The position numbers and the translations under genes are program-made. DNA of 64,000 nucleotides from Promethearchaeota archaeon (GTDB lineage: Archaea; Asgardarchaeota; Lokiarchaeia; Sigyniarchaeales; SOKP01): NCBI GenBank assembly GCA_030599585.1, contig JAUVNS010000011.1:128001-192000 (forward strand), written 5' to 3'. Each line of letters starts with the position of its first letter. Position 1 is the first letter of the stretch. The notes under the pieces were generated by a model that did not search any database, was not told the DNA's origin, and worked only from the letters and a program-made list of their open reading frames with translations. Shown here one piece after another: positions 50,334 to 59,925 of this stretch.

Positions 50334-51137
50334 TTGTCAGATGATATGTTTTTAGATGGAAAAACGGCTCTAATCACTGGAGCGGGTAGCGGATTTGGTC
50401 AAAAAATGGCAGTCGCATTTGCTGCTAAAGGAGCAAATCTAGTCTTAAATGATATTAATGAATCTGGTTTAAAAGAAACGCGCGATTTAGTCCTGAAGCA
50501 GTATAAAACTCAGATTCTCTTAGTTAAAGCCGATGTTTCAAAATCTGAAGAAGTAAACGAGATGGCTAAAAAAACTTTTGATATTTTCGATAATGTCTTT
50601 CTACTTGTGAATAACGCAGGTATCGATGGAGGACTTTACACTTCACTAAAAGCAAAAGAGGAAGTTTATGATAAAGTATTTGCAATCAATGTAAAAGGCC
50701 CATTAAATGTAAGTAAGGCATTTTTTCGGAGAATGAAACGACAAAAGCAGTTTCAACCCATAGCTGGCAAAATCATTAACATAGCATCGGTTGCGGGAAC
50801 GCCAAATGGAACAAATCCCATGCTGGGGATTTATAGCGCAAGTAAAGCGGCGTTGATAGCATTTACGCGGCTTTGGGCGCTTGAATTAGGCCCCAATAAC
50901 ATAACTGTGAACGCCATAAGTCCTGGTGTTTTTCTAACGCCTATATATAACAACGATCCCAAATTAATTCGCCAATTTCTTGAAACAAGAAAAATTAAAA
51001 TACCAATTGATAAGATAGGGGAATCAAAATGGGTAGCTGACTTAGCATTATTTTTAGCATCTCCTACAGCAGATTATATTACCGGACAAAACTTGGTTAT
51101 TGATGGGGGAATGTCAATTTCGATTAGTAAACTGTAA
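50334..51137 (+). CDS. Short-chain dehydrogenase/reductase
   Basis: TGAGSGFG, NNAG, YSASK, VNAISPG, IDGG. Confidence 0.93.
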   Translation: MSDDMFLDGKTALITGAGSGFGQKMAVAFAAKGANLVLNDINESGLKETRDLVLKQYKTQILLVKADVSKSEEVNEMAKKTFDIFDNVFLLVNNAGIDGGLYTSLKAKEEVYDKVFAINVKGPLNVSKAFFRRMKRQKQFQPIAGKIINIASVAGTPNGTNPMLGIYSASKAALIAFTRLWALELGPNNITVNAISPGVFLTPIYNNDPKLIRQFLETRKIKIPIDKIGESKWVADLALFLASPTADYITGQNLVIDGGMSISISKL

Positions 51138-51320
51138 ATCAATGATCTTACTATATCAAAAAGATATTTTATAATAACTTTACTTTTTAATGTTTATGAT
51201 TGAATTTATTCTATGCAAAAGGGTTATAACACCGAACTTGAATGTCGATTATTGAAAAATATATAGTTTTTTAGAATTCATAGGTTATTTATCTAATATC
51301 CTCTCTACTTGAGTAAGAGC

Positions 51321-51554
51321 TTAAAAAAGAAAGAAAAATAAAGATGGGCTTATATGGGGCTCTAAATTAAAAAGCTCTTATAAGCAGCACCAAATTATGG
51401 ATTAATTGTACCTTCCCCGGGCACTACACTCACCTTAAATATTAATTCGGTTAATTTTATCATAAATCTAAATAAAAGATGGAATTTTTCCACTTTTCAT
51501 TAACTTATTTTCTCTTTATTTATTTAAACTTCAATAATTATTGAAAAATGAATA
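51321..51554. repeat. Direct repeat unit 1 (~235 bp)
   Basis: Aligns with 51614-51849 at an offset of about 292-295 nt. Confidence 0.92.
51395..51424 (-). CDS. Micro-ORF, 9-aa peptide MPGEGTINP (copy 1)
   Basis: AAGGTGA RBS 5 nt before GTG; paralog shows synonymous changes. Confidence 0.6.
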   Translation of the reverse strand: MPGEGTINP

Positions 51555-51613
51555 TATAAGGAAGTAGGCTATAGTTCTAATTTTAACATTATAAAGAACG
51601 GAAAAATTTTTAA

Positions 51614-51849
51614 TTAAAAAAGAGAAAAATAAATAGTGGGCTTATAAAGAGCGTTAAAGTAAAGGACTCATATAAGCAATACCAAATTACGGATTAATAT
51701 AACCTTCCCCTGGCATTAGAATAATCACCTTAAATATTAATTCGGTTATTTTTTTTTTAATTTAAATAAAAGATGGTGTTTTTTCATCTTTTCTTCAACT
51801 TATTTTCTCTTTAAATATTTAAACTTCAATACTAATTTTGAAATGAATA
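51614..51849. repeat. Direct repeat unit 2 (~235 bp)
   Basis: Aligns with 51321-51554. Confidence 0.92.
51687..51716 (-). CDS. Micro-ORF, 9-aa peptide MPGEGYINP (copy 2)
   Basis: AAGGTGA RBS 8 nt before ATG; TAA at the same position as copy 1. Confidence 0.62.
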   Translation of the reverse strand: MPGEGYINP

Positions 51850-51980
51850 CTTCATCTGGGCTTAGATTTATTTATTTTAATTTTAAAAGTAGTAGTATTT
51901 AAATTTGGATCCTTTGGTAGCTTCGTTGATTCTGATGCAAATCTCTACTGAAGTGCCGCAATCAATTGTTAAAAATGCTC

Positions 51981-53189
51981 TTAAATTAAATCAGAGGGTA
52001 GAGTTGGGTTAACGAGCAAATTTTGAAACTCTTTAATAGAGGGTTTTTTACCATATTTTTGTCTTATGGCATTTGTACCAAGATGATATAAAAAAGCGTT
52101 TTTTGAATATGCCGGAGTAGATAACCTTTTTAACTCCATTTTTAGACCCGCCTCATTAAAAAGTTCAGCATTTTTACCATATTGAATCAGTTCTTCTTCG
52201 CTGTACTTATTGACTACCGCATGATATGCAAAATTATACCAAAAGAGTGTTGTTTTAGCTTTTAACTTATCTTGCATTACTATTTTTTCAAGGGATGCTT
52301 CTTTTGATGCATCTGTACAAAAATCTCTCAATAATATTTCTGCAGCTTCCTTGTTTGAAAAAAGCATGGAATTTGCTAAATTAGCAATTCCTTCGGAAAT
52401 GATCATTTTGGGAGATTGAAGAATTAAGATAGAATGCTCAAATTGATTCAGTTCGCGATATAATTTGTTTTCATTGATGACAAATTCTGTGTGGTGTCCA
52501 GGATATCCTTCATGACTAGCAGCAGACAGAAATGAGGTCCAATATATAGTATACTTCGAATTAACTTCTATTCGGGAATGAAAATTACCTAAATACCAAT
52601 TATAATAAGCCCATTTTATTTTGTCATTTAAGTTTTCTGGTAGATCTATAGATATATGTTCCTCTTCAGGTAGGAGATTAGGAAATAATTTATTAGTCTG
52701 TTTTCTTACAATATTAAGCGCTTTTTGAAACAACACAAATACTTTTTCCTCGGGGACTTTTCGTGATATTCTTAATTTATCTAAACGTTCTTCTAAACTT
52801 CCAGGACCGCCGTATGCTTCATCGTACTCGCTTTTTAAATTTTTCAGTTCTGATTCATTAGCTGGCTGTAAAGCTACATCATAAAGTTTTAAAAATTGAT
52901 CTTTTATTGAAATTTCGATTCCATTTAATAATTCTATTGAAGTCCTCATTGCCGTGAGTAATTTTTCTAGATATCTTTCACGTTTTATATCATAACCTTG
53001 TAAGTCTAGTTTATTTAATAGGTTGTCTGAGGTAATCAATAATTTGCTTGGCGAGGTTATAGCTTCATTATCGACAATCTGGCGAAATTTTTCTGGACCG
53101 TAATAAAAATCGACATACCCCTTAATGTGTTTGTCAATTCTTAGAGCGAGTATTAGATATTCTTCTCCAAACTCAGATATTCTTACCAT
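51981..53189 (-). CDS. DUF885-like Zn metallopeptidase
   Basis: HEGYPGHH zincin-variant motif, downstream SEGIA ligand, Y..G near the C-terminus. Confidence 0.75.
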   Translation of the reverse strand: MVRISEFGEEYLILALRIDKHIKGYVDFYYGPEKFRQIVDNEAITSPSKLLITSDNLLNKLDLQGYDIKRERYLEKLLTAMRTSIELLNGIEISIKDQFLKLYDVALQPANESELKNLKSEYDEAYGGPGSLEERLDKLRISRKVPEEKVFVLFQKALNIVRKQTNKLFPNLLPEEEHISIDLPENLNDKIKWAYYNWYLGNFHSRIEVNSKYTIYWTSFLSAASHEGYPGHHTEFVINENKLYRELNQFEHSILILQSPKMIISEGIANLANSMLFSNKEAAEILLRDFCTDASKEASLEKIVMQDKLKAKTTLFWYNFAYHAVVNKYSEEELIQYGKNAELFNEAGLKMELKRLSTPAYSKNAFLYHLGTNAIRQKYGKKPSIKEFQNLLVNPTLPSDLI

Positions 53190-53303
53190 TATTAGCAGAA
53201 CACAATAATTACATCAACAAAAAATAGATCAAAATATCAAAATTTCTCTTAATTATTAAAGTTTTTAAATAAATATTAAAATTTTATTAATTTAACTTAT
53301 CAG

Positions 53304-54473
53304 TTATGACCCACATAAATAAGAACGATGTAAAAACCTTAATTTTAAATCTATAACTATCAAATCTGACTTAGGAGAAAACGGTTTAACAACCTTGGAG
53401 TTCAAAATTTCTTCGATATGCCATCCACAATCTTTTAAATTAGTATTTAAATTTTCAATTCCTTTTTTGATTGGATTTGGTTTCTCACAGAATTGATAGA
53501 AATGTAGTATTCCGGTTGGTTTTTTCATCAAAAAACATGCAACATCAAGAAAATTAATAGATTGTTCTGGTAAATTCATTATGATTCTGTCGATTGTGTG
53601 TTTTAAACTATTTCCTAATTTGTGTTCAGGATTTAAAAGCTCATTAACATCCATGTTATAGGCGATCACCTCTCCTTTCATTTGGTTAATTTCAATATTT
53701 TCAATAAGATATTTGTATGCAGATGGGTTGACATCGAAAGCATAAATGTTTACTTCATTGTTTTTTGCTATTTGAATCGAGAATGGGCCAACTCCCGCAA
53801 ACATATCTACAATTGTTTCTTGTTTTTTGAATATATTTGAACTTATACGCTTTCTTTCAAATACTAACCGGGGGGTGAAATAAGTTTTTTTTACATCTAA
53901 TTTAAATAAACAGTCGTTTTCTTTATGGATTGTTTCTGGATTGTCATCGCCATAGATAACTTTTAACTCTTTTAATCTATGTTTTCCTTTTACTTCGCTT
54001 TTTTTCTCGTAAACCGTCTCCACTGATTTATTTACGCTTACCAGCGCTTTAGCTACTTTTTTCTTGTAATGTAAGAGATTTTTATCGTCAACTGTATTTA
54101 TTTGGTCAAATTCAACAATAGCAATCTTTCCAACAATATCGTAAGATTTTGGAACTAATTCCAAAATATTTTGGGGTAATTTATCCTCGAGAGCTTCTTC
54201 AATAGAGCGATATTTGTAATTTTCTTCAGCAATTCCGATAGTGCTAACTATGTCAAAATTTAACTTATTTGAAATCTCTCCAATTAGCTCCTTTATTTTT
54301 CCTATATCATTTACTAAGGGAAAAAGCACATAGGCGCCATCGTGTATAACTTTTATTCCTCTATTGAGAAAAGTTTCATTTGGTAATCTTGTTTTTAGGA
54401 ATTTGAGGAATTTCTCAGCAGATTCTTGTTTAATTTTTAAAAATTGCGTCTGTTTCTTGTTTTTTTTACCCAT
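53304..54473 (-). CDS. trm5: tRNA G37 methyltransferase, Trm5/Taw2 family
   Basis: SYDIVGKIAI, TIHKEN, YFTPRL..ER, DMFAGVGPF, IIMNLP. Confidence 0.88.
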   Translation of the reverse strand: MGKKNKKQTQFLKIKQESAEKFLKFLKTRLPNETFLNRGIKVIHDGAYVLFPLVNDIGKIKELIGEISNKLNFDIVSTIGIAEENYKYRSIEEALEDKLPQNILELVPKSYDIVGKIAIVEFDQINTVDDKNLLHYKKKVAKALVSVNKSVETVYEKKSEVKGKHRLKELKVIYGDDNPETIHKENDCLFKLDVKKTYFTPRLVFERKRISSNIFKKQETIVDMFAGVGPFSIQIAKNNEVNIYAFDVNPSAYKYLIENIEINQMKGEVIAYNMDVNELLNPEHKLGNSLKHTIDRIIMNLPEQSINFLDVACFLMKKPTGILHFYQFCEKPNPIKKGIENLNTNLKDCGWHIEEILNSKVVKPFSPKSDLIVIDLKLRFLHRSYLCGS

Positions 54474-54897
54474 ATGCATCATTAACTTCAAAAATAATTG
54501 AAAATCGTTCCTTGGAACTGGCTAAATTCTTAATGAGATTTCTGTCCAGTTCGCTTGAGGATTTAGAGCATTTTATTAAAATCGTTCTGTCGCATATATA
54601 ATCACTTTTTCGAAAAACCATGTCTTTTTTGTTGATGAAAGTTAAATTTTTATGGCCAAAACCGTAAAAAGAATCAACTACATCTCCCACTTTTATAATT
54701 ACCGTGATTTTTCCTCCGGATGTAATCTTTTTCTTTAGGTGCTGATTTAGATCGTAGCAGGCTTTTGATGCCCCGATACCTAATATGCACGTTCCATTTT
54801 TCGTGAGATACATATCCTTAGTTAATTCAATAGTCGTGGTATGGGTGCATTGAATTAGTTGGTGGCCTTGTGCGGTAATTGTATCTAATATAGTCAT
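54466..54897 (-). CDS. DUF371 family protein
   Basis: GH..I..TH.TTIELTKD, G.CILG, VFRKSDYICDRT. Confidence 0.85.
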   Translation of the reverse strand: MTILDTITAQGHQLIQCTHTTTIELTKDMYLTKNGTCILGIGASKACYDLNQHLKKKITSGGKITVIIKVGDVVDSFYGFGHKNLTFINKKDMVFRKSDYICDRTILIKCSKSSSELDRNLIKNLASSKERFSIIFEVNDAYG

Positions 54898-54900
54898 ATC

Positions 54901-56553
54901 CTATTTTTCCTTAAAAAAATGTAAAATATCTTTAATTTGGCTAAAAACAGAAAAATTTGAATTATACACTCTCTTTAAAATATTATTTAATCTATGAATG
55001 GGATGATTTTCTGGAAATTGCCTTGTTTCTTCGAATTGGTTTTGAAAGAAATCAGGAATTAGAAGTCCACATTTTTCATAAGTAGTCGAAAATTTAGCTA
55101 AAAACTTTTTGGTTGTTTTAATAGAATTTTGATAACTACCATCATTTGTGTTATAGGTGGAACTTGTTTCGTATTGTCCCATCGGAAAAGAATCAATTAA
55201 CTCGTATGGAATAATACCGTAAATAATAGAGTAAAACGCTAAATGAATTTGTTCTCTTTTAATTAAGTCGTTGTTATTTATTTCAGCTAACCATTTATTA
55301 ATCGTAGGAGAAGTTTTACCCTTAACATCTAATTCAGGTAAAACAATAAAATATTGAGCCTCTTTAGGCGGGCGATAATTATTTAATAATTTCTGTTCGT
55401 ACCGATAAATTAAAGGTCTATCTACACTCTCTTTAGATGAGTAAAGTCTTCCATGGCTTTTATAAATTTTCTCATAAACTTCGAAGAGGGGCTTATTTTT
55501 TTTTATTAAACTTGTTGCTTTAACTAAATTGGGGTGGCTGCGAATTCTCTGTTCTACTAACTCCCATAAATTTCCTTCTCTAATTGCTTGTCGAATAGTT
55601 TTCAATTCTGAGAACGATAAGTATAGGTTATGCTTAGCGATTAATTGGATCCTCAAATCTTCTTCGAACTTCATAAGTTCGGTAGGTGTATATTTTACAC
55701 AGATTGGGCAATGGCAGGGGAATTCTTTTAGTTCTTCAAGTTTCTTGGTGCCTGTGGATAAAGTAAAATAACGATTTTCCTTTGCAAACAAGACATACGC
55801 GGCTGAATCCATTAAATCACAACCACACGCTACAGCTAATGAAAAATATTGTGGTAATCCTAGCCCAAACATGTGAATTGGTGTGTTAGGAATAATGTGC
55901 TTCTTTACAGTTAATAACATTTGTGTAGTGAGGTCGAATCTATAATTTAAAAACGCTTTTACAATACCCCCTATGGCGTAGACCCCAAAATCTAATTTGC
56001 TCATTTCAATTGTGCTTTCTTTCAACAAATCAAGATGTGTTCCTCCGTGCAACGGTCCAAACCAATAGCAATCCTGCCGAGATCTTCTTGAAAGATTGTC
56101 TTTTGCCCTCTCAATTGTGGTATTTACTTTTTCTTTTGCGATTTCGTAATTATCTTCTAATTGTACTGGGATATCTAAGATCACAGGGAAATCTGAGCCG
56201 ATATCTTCTTGAAATCTTTCTATAGTAGTAGCATCAAGATCAAAAGAGTCTTTGTTATACATGTATTGTTGAAATGCTCCACTATCTGTTGCAATTATCC
56301 CATCGTAATTCAGATATTCGTGGAGTCCTTTCTGGAGAATCTGAGTTTTTAATTTTTCATTTTTATAAATAATGTATGCGTTAGTAAAAAGACATTGTGC
56401 CCCGAATGTTTTAAGATCTTGGGCTGCGATAATATTTCTGGAGGGATGCACTACTGGAAATAGATTGGGAGTAATCATCTCTTTACCGTTCAAGTTGATT
56501 CGTCCTAACCTTGCTAATGCATCAACATCTTCTATTTCGAACTTCATCTTCAT
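54901..56553 (-). CDS. tgtA: Archaeosine tRNA-guanine(15) transglycosylase
   Basis: TDSGAFQ, LDIP, HMFG, DLMDSAAY, CHCPIC..HN Zn site, LWELVE.R.RSHP; no obvious PUA domain. Confidence 0.92.
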   Translation of the reverse strand: MKMKFEIEDVDALARLGRINLNGKEMITPNLFPVVHPSRNIIAAQDLKTFGAQCLFTNAYIIYKNEKLKTQILQKGLHEYLNYDGIIATDSGAFQQYMYNKDSFDLDATTIERFQEDIGSDFPVILDIPVQLEDNYEIAKEKVNTTIERAKDNLSRRSRQDCYWFGPLHGGTHLDLLKESTIEMSKLDFGVYAIGGIVKAFLNYRFDLTTQMLLTVKKHIIPNTPIHMFGLGLPQYFSLAVACGCDLMDSAAYVLFAKENRYFTLSTGTKKLEELKEFPCHCPICVKYTPTELMKFEEDLRIQLIAKHNLYLSFSELKTIRQAIREGNLWELVEQRIRSHPNLVKATSLIKKNKPLFEVYEKIYKSHGRLYSSKESVDRPLIYRYEQKLLNNYRPPKEAQYFIVLPELDVKGKTSPTINKWLAEINNNDLIKREQIHLAFYSIIYGIIPYELIDSFPMGQYETSSTYNTNDGSYQNSIKTTKKFLAKFSTTYEKCGLLIPDFFQNQFEETRQFPENHPIHRLNNILKRVYNSNFSVFSQIKDILHFFKEK

Positions 56554-56573
56554 CCTCTTTTAATCGGGATTTA

Positions 56574-57167
56574 CTAATCAAAAAATAGGTCCAAACGATC
56601 CTCTTGAGATAACTTTTCTAACCAATCGATTTTTCCAATGATAAATTTATTCACATCTACTTTCCCGGTAAGAATTTTTGTTATTGTCTTGGTAATTACA
56701 TCTATGCTATTGTTTGTAGTATCGATTTCCAGTATTGGTTTGTTCAATTGTTTATTCAAGAAAAAATTCACAGAGTTTCCTAAAATTTCAGATTGGACAT
56801 TTTCTCTAATTTTTTCTCTTTTATAACCCCTTTCCTTTAACCTGCGATATAATTCATCGGGATCGCATCTTAAAATTATAACATAATCGATAAATTGCCC
56901 GGGTACAATGTCAGAAAAATGGCTCTCGATAATTAGAAATTCTAGATCTAGTTTATTATAACGTTGTATTAACTTCATTATGTAGCGAATCAATTTTTTT
57001 TCATTGATCACCGAGGTTTCTCTTTCCATATCATAATTTATGATTAACTTCTCTGAAATTGCTAATTCGTTTAAGCTAATTACTTTAGCGTTTAAGTTGT
57101 TTAATAGATTTTGTGAAACTGTTGTCTTTCCGGTTCCAGGAGTTCCAGAAACGATTAAAATTTTCAT
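56574..57167 (-). CDS. Adenylate kinase, AK6/Fap7 type
   Basis: GTPGTGKT, IIESH, LRCDP..L..RL..RGY..KI.EN..SEI. Confidence 0.9.
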   Translation of the reverse strand: MKILIVSGTPGTGKTTVSQNLLNNLNAKVISLNELAISEKLIINYDMERETSVINEKKLIRYIMKLIQRYNKLDLEFLIIESHFSDIVPGQFIDYVIILRCDPDELYRRLKERGYKREKIRENVQSEILGNSVNFFLNKQLNKPILEIDTTNNSIDVITKTITKILTGKVDVNKFIIGKIDWLEKLSQEDRLDLFFD

Positions 57168-57290
57168 GTTTAAATAATTAGAATCATCGGTAAAATATAA
57201 AAATAGTAATCTAAGAAAGAAAAAAACCTAAGTTGAACATTGTTTGAAGAAAATTATATAAGAAGAGCATTCATTTATGATATGTTTTAA

Positions 57291-57364
57291 TGGGAAAGGG
57301 GGGCTTCGAACCCCCGACCTCACGGTTATCAGCCGTGCGCTATACCAGGCTAAGCCACTCTCCC
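57291..57364 (-). tRNA. tRNA-Ile(GAT)
   Basis: GGGAGAG...CACGG-CT GAT AA-CCGTG...GGGGG-TTCGAAG-CCCCC-CTTTCCC-A. Confidence 0.95.
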
Positions 57365-57520
57365 GGAAAAAAAACTTATAAAATCAACGATTTCCACATA
57401 TATTTTGAAAATAAGTTTTTAATATCTCATTAAATATTATTTATTTAAAAAATTTTTGTGTTGTTAAGCCTTAAATTTTAATAGAATGAAGAGAATATTT
57501 TTTTATAGGATAGTTAAAAA

Positions 57521-57961
57521 GTGAGCCAATTGCCTAAAAGATTAAATTATTCAATTATTGGTTTAGAAGATTATCTTATCAGTTTTGAAAATTATTGTTC
57601 GCCATGTGAAATTCAAAAATTTTGTATATACGGAAGGGCTGAGCCTTTTACGGTAGCGATTAATTGTAGCGATTTAAATAAGGCAAAAGAAAAGATTAAA
57701 TTTGATCAGCTCCAAAAATTGCAAAAAAAAGAAGATGTCTCTGTAACATATGAAGAATTAGTGAAAAAAGTTAAAATAAATGTTCAAAATATTTTTAGCC
57801 AGATATGGAAGGATAAAGTTAAAGCACGAAAAGAAGAAATAAGATGTTTAAATTCAAAAAAAGTAGATTCTATGCTGGTTTCTCAGCAGGGACAAGACTG
57901 GTGGCAAGATTTTAACACTACCATAAAAGTTATAAACCGTGAATGCGAAAAAATACTTTGA
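57521..57961 (+). CDS. Hypothetical protein with Cys cluster (CSPC..C..C)
   Basis: 146-codon ORF. Confidence 0.7.
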   Translation: MSQLPKRLNYSIIGLEDYLISFENYCSPCEIQKFCIYGRAEPFTVAINCSDLNKAKEKIKFDQLQKLQKKEDVSVTYEELVKKVKINVQNIFSQIWKDKVKARKEEIRCLNSKKVDSMLVSQQGQDWWQDFNTTIKVINRECEKIL

Positions 57962-58299
57962 CTCTTATTTACACTTTCAAAAGATCATTATGCGGTAAGG
58001 GCTGTTTAAAAACTAAAAGATGAGTTTAAAACTGTGTAGTTTTTTTATCAATATTTTTAAATAAATATTAGACGATTACAGCATATATGCCATTTATGTT
58101 TTAGGAAATCTCGGACGCTCTATAGTTTTGATCAAAAGATTTATATATCCAAGTTACATATAGTTATTTTGCATTCAAGTACTAAATCGATTTTCAGTCA
58201 CACGAATAAAGATTTATTGAATATAATAAGATTTTTAGTAAGTTTTCACGGGAAATAATTTAGTTTGTGAATTTCAAGTTTAAAAAAGAGGTTTTTTAA

Positions 58300-59187
58300 G
58301 TGGTAATAAAATCAGAAATTAGTAACATATCAAATTCATGTCCAGAATGTAAAGGTAAGACAATATCAATTCAGGAAAAAGGAGAAATTGTATGTCGTCA
58401 ATGTGGTTTGGTTGTAAGTGAAAGAATATTAGATATATCCCATAGTGGTAAACGAGCTTTCACAAAACAGGAGAAAGAAAGAAGAGAGAGAACGGGATCT
58501 CCTATTTCAATTCTATTACCTGATATGGGGTTAAGTACTATTATTGACAAAAATAATATAAGAAATCCTGATTTAAAAAGAGCTGCTAAATGGAATTCTC
58601 GCATGACATGGGATAAAAGAAACATGTTAATTGCTACTACTGAACTAAAAAGAATTGCAAGCAATTTAAATTTGCCAACTCATATAAAAAAAGCAGCTAT
58701 TAAATTGTATATTGAAGCATTTAAGAAAAAATTACTTCGCGGTAGATCAATCAACGGTATGGTCGCTGCTTGCTTGTATTTTGCTTGTAGAGAACGAAAA
58801 ATCCCTAGAACACTTCAAGAAATATTAGATCAAACATCTGTTAATGCAAAAAATGTTAGAAGGTGTTATAGAACAATAATAAGAGAGCTAAATTTAAAAG
58901 CACCGTCCACTAACCCTATTTCTCTCATACCCAGATTTGTGGCAGAACTGGGATTAGATGCTGAAACTGAACAAATCACGATCAAGATTTTACAATCTTT
59001 TATCTCAAAATATTCAACAAGTGGTAAAGATCCGAAGGGATTATGCGCAGGAGCATTATATTTAGTATGCAAAAAGAGAGACAAGAGGATTTCTCAAAAA
59101 GATATAGCAAATGTAGTAGGAGTAACAGAAGTTACTTTACGTTCTAGGTATAAAGAATTGATTGATAAATTAAATATTGAAATATAA
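58300..59187 (+). CDS. tfb: Transcription initiation factor IIB
   Basis: Zn ribbon CPEC/CRQCG, ERTG, LRGRS, PRTL.EI, GKDP, GVTEVTLRSRYKEL. Confidence 0.95.
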   Translation: MVIKSEISNISNSCPECKGKTISIQEKGEIVCRQCGLVVSERILDISHSGKRAFTKQEKERRERTGSPISILLPDMGLSTIIDKNNIRNPDLKRAAKWNSRMTWDKRNMLIATTELKRIASNLNLPTHIKKAAIKLYIEAFKKKLLRGRSINGMVAACLYFACRERKIPRTLQEILDQTSVNAKNVRRCYRTIIRELNLKAPSTNPISLIPRFVAELGLDAETEQITIKILQSFISKYSTSGKDPKGLCAGALYLVCKKRDKRISQKDIANVVGVTEVTLRSRYKELIDKLNIEI

Positions 59188-59193
59188 TTTTTT

Positions 59194-59775
59194 TTAATTT
59201 TCTTTTTGTAAAAGTAGTTTAATAAAGTCAGGAAGCGTTAAGAGATAACTTTGTGCATTGGGGAGTTGTTCTTTAATTTTCATAAAGAGTTGAGAATAAT
59301 GTTCTGCTCGATCTTTTTGTTTTAATACTTCATTTCTCGATTGTTCCCTTATAGGCTCAACCGGAATTCCCCGCAATACTGATCTAGCGGGAATTGTTAA
59401 ACCTGGAGGTATCTGACTATTTTTTATAATGATAGAACCTTCCCCAATTGAACTTTCTTCATAAATAAGACTCCCCTCCATAATTTGTATGTAATCTTCC
59501 ATAAAGCACCCTAATATCGTTACTCCCGATTCAATTATGCAATAACGCCCAATATTAATTGAACTTTTTTGAGATCTCGTAAACATCATCACACCGTTAA
59601 AAACGGTAGTATACTCCCCGATATTAATTTTTGAGTTTTCAGCTCGAATTATTGAGCCAGGCCAAATAATTGCATTATCTTTTACAGTAACATCGCCAAT
59701 TAGAGTTGCTAGTGGAGATACATAACAATTATCACTAATATTAGGGCTTCTTCCGTTATATTCAAGTATTACCAT
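59194..59775 (-). CDS. Gamma-carbonic-anhydrase-like left-handed beta-helix protein lacking Zn ligands
   Basis: ATLIGDV, IWPGSIIRAE, hexapeptide repeats, RGIP. Confidence 0.8.
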   Translation of the reverse strand: MVILEYNGRSPNISDNCYVSPLATLIGDVTVKDNAIIWPGSIIRAENSKINIGEYTTVFNGVMMFTRSQKSSINIGRYCIIESGVTILGCFMEDYIQIMEGSLIYEESSIGEGSIIIKNSQIPPGLTIPARSVLRGIPVEPIREQSRNEVLKQKDRAEHYSQLFMKIKEQLPNAQSYLLTLPDFIKLLLQKEN

Positions 59776-59925
59776 TGTTCTTCAACTATGTTTTTATTAT
59801 TTAAACTGAAAAAAAGGTAAAATTCAAACCATTTAAATTTAATTAAATTACCAAGTTAAATAATCTCTTTTCTTAATAATGAAATTCTACAACTTCATAA
59901 ATTCTAGATACTTTAGAATTTCAAG

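Noticed and set aside
51395-51716. Micro-peptides read as microcin C precursors or 2A/StopGo peptides
   Set aside because: Microcin C precursors end in Asn and need an adjacent ThiF adenylase; 2A needs D(V/I)ExNPGP. Neither is present.
51321-51849. Repeat pair read as a CRISPR array or IS/MITE
   Set aside because: Two long diverged units with no repeat-spacer periodicity, no terminal inverted repeats or target duplication, and no cas or transposase gene.
51880-51975. GC-richer stretch with TGATGC...CTGA as a second C/D RNA or small ORF
   Set aside because: No proper C box, and no RBS or canonical start for the short frames.
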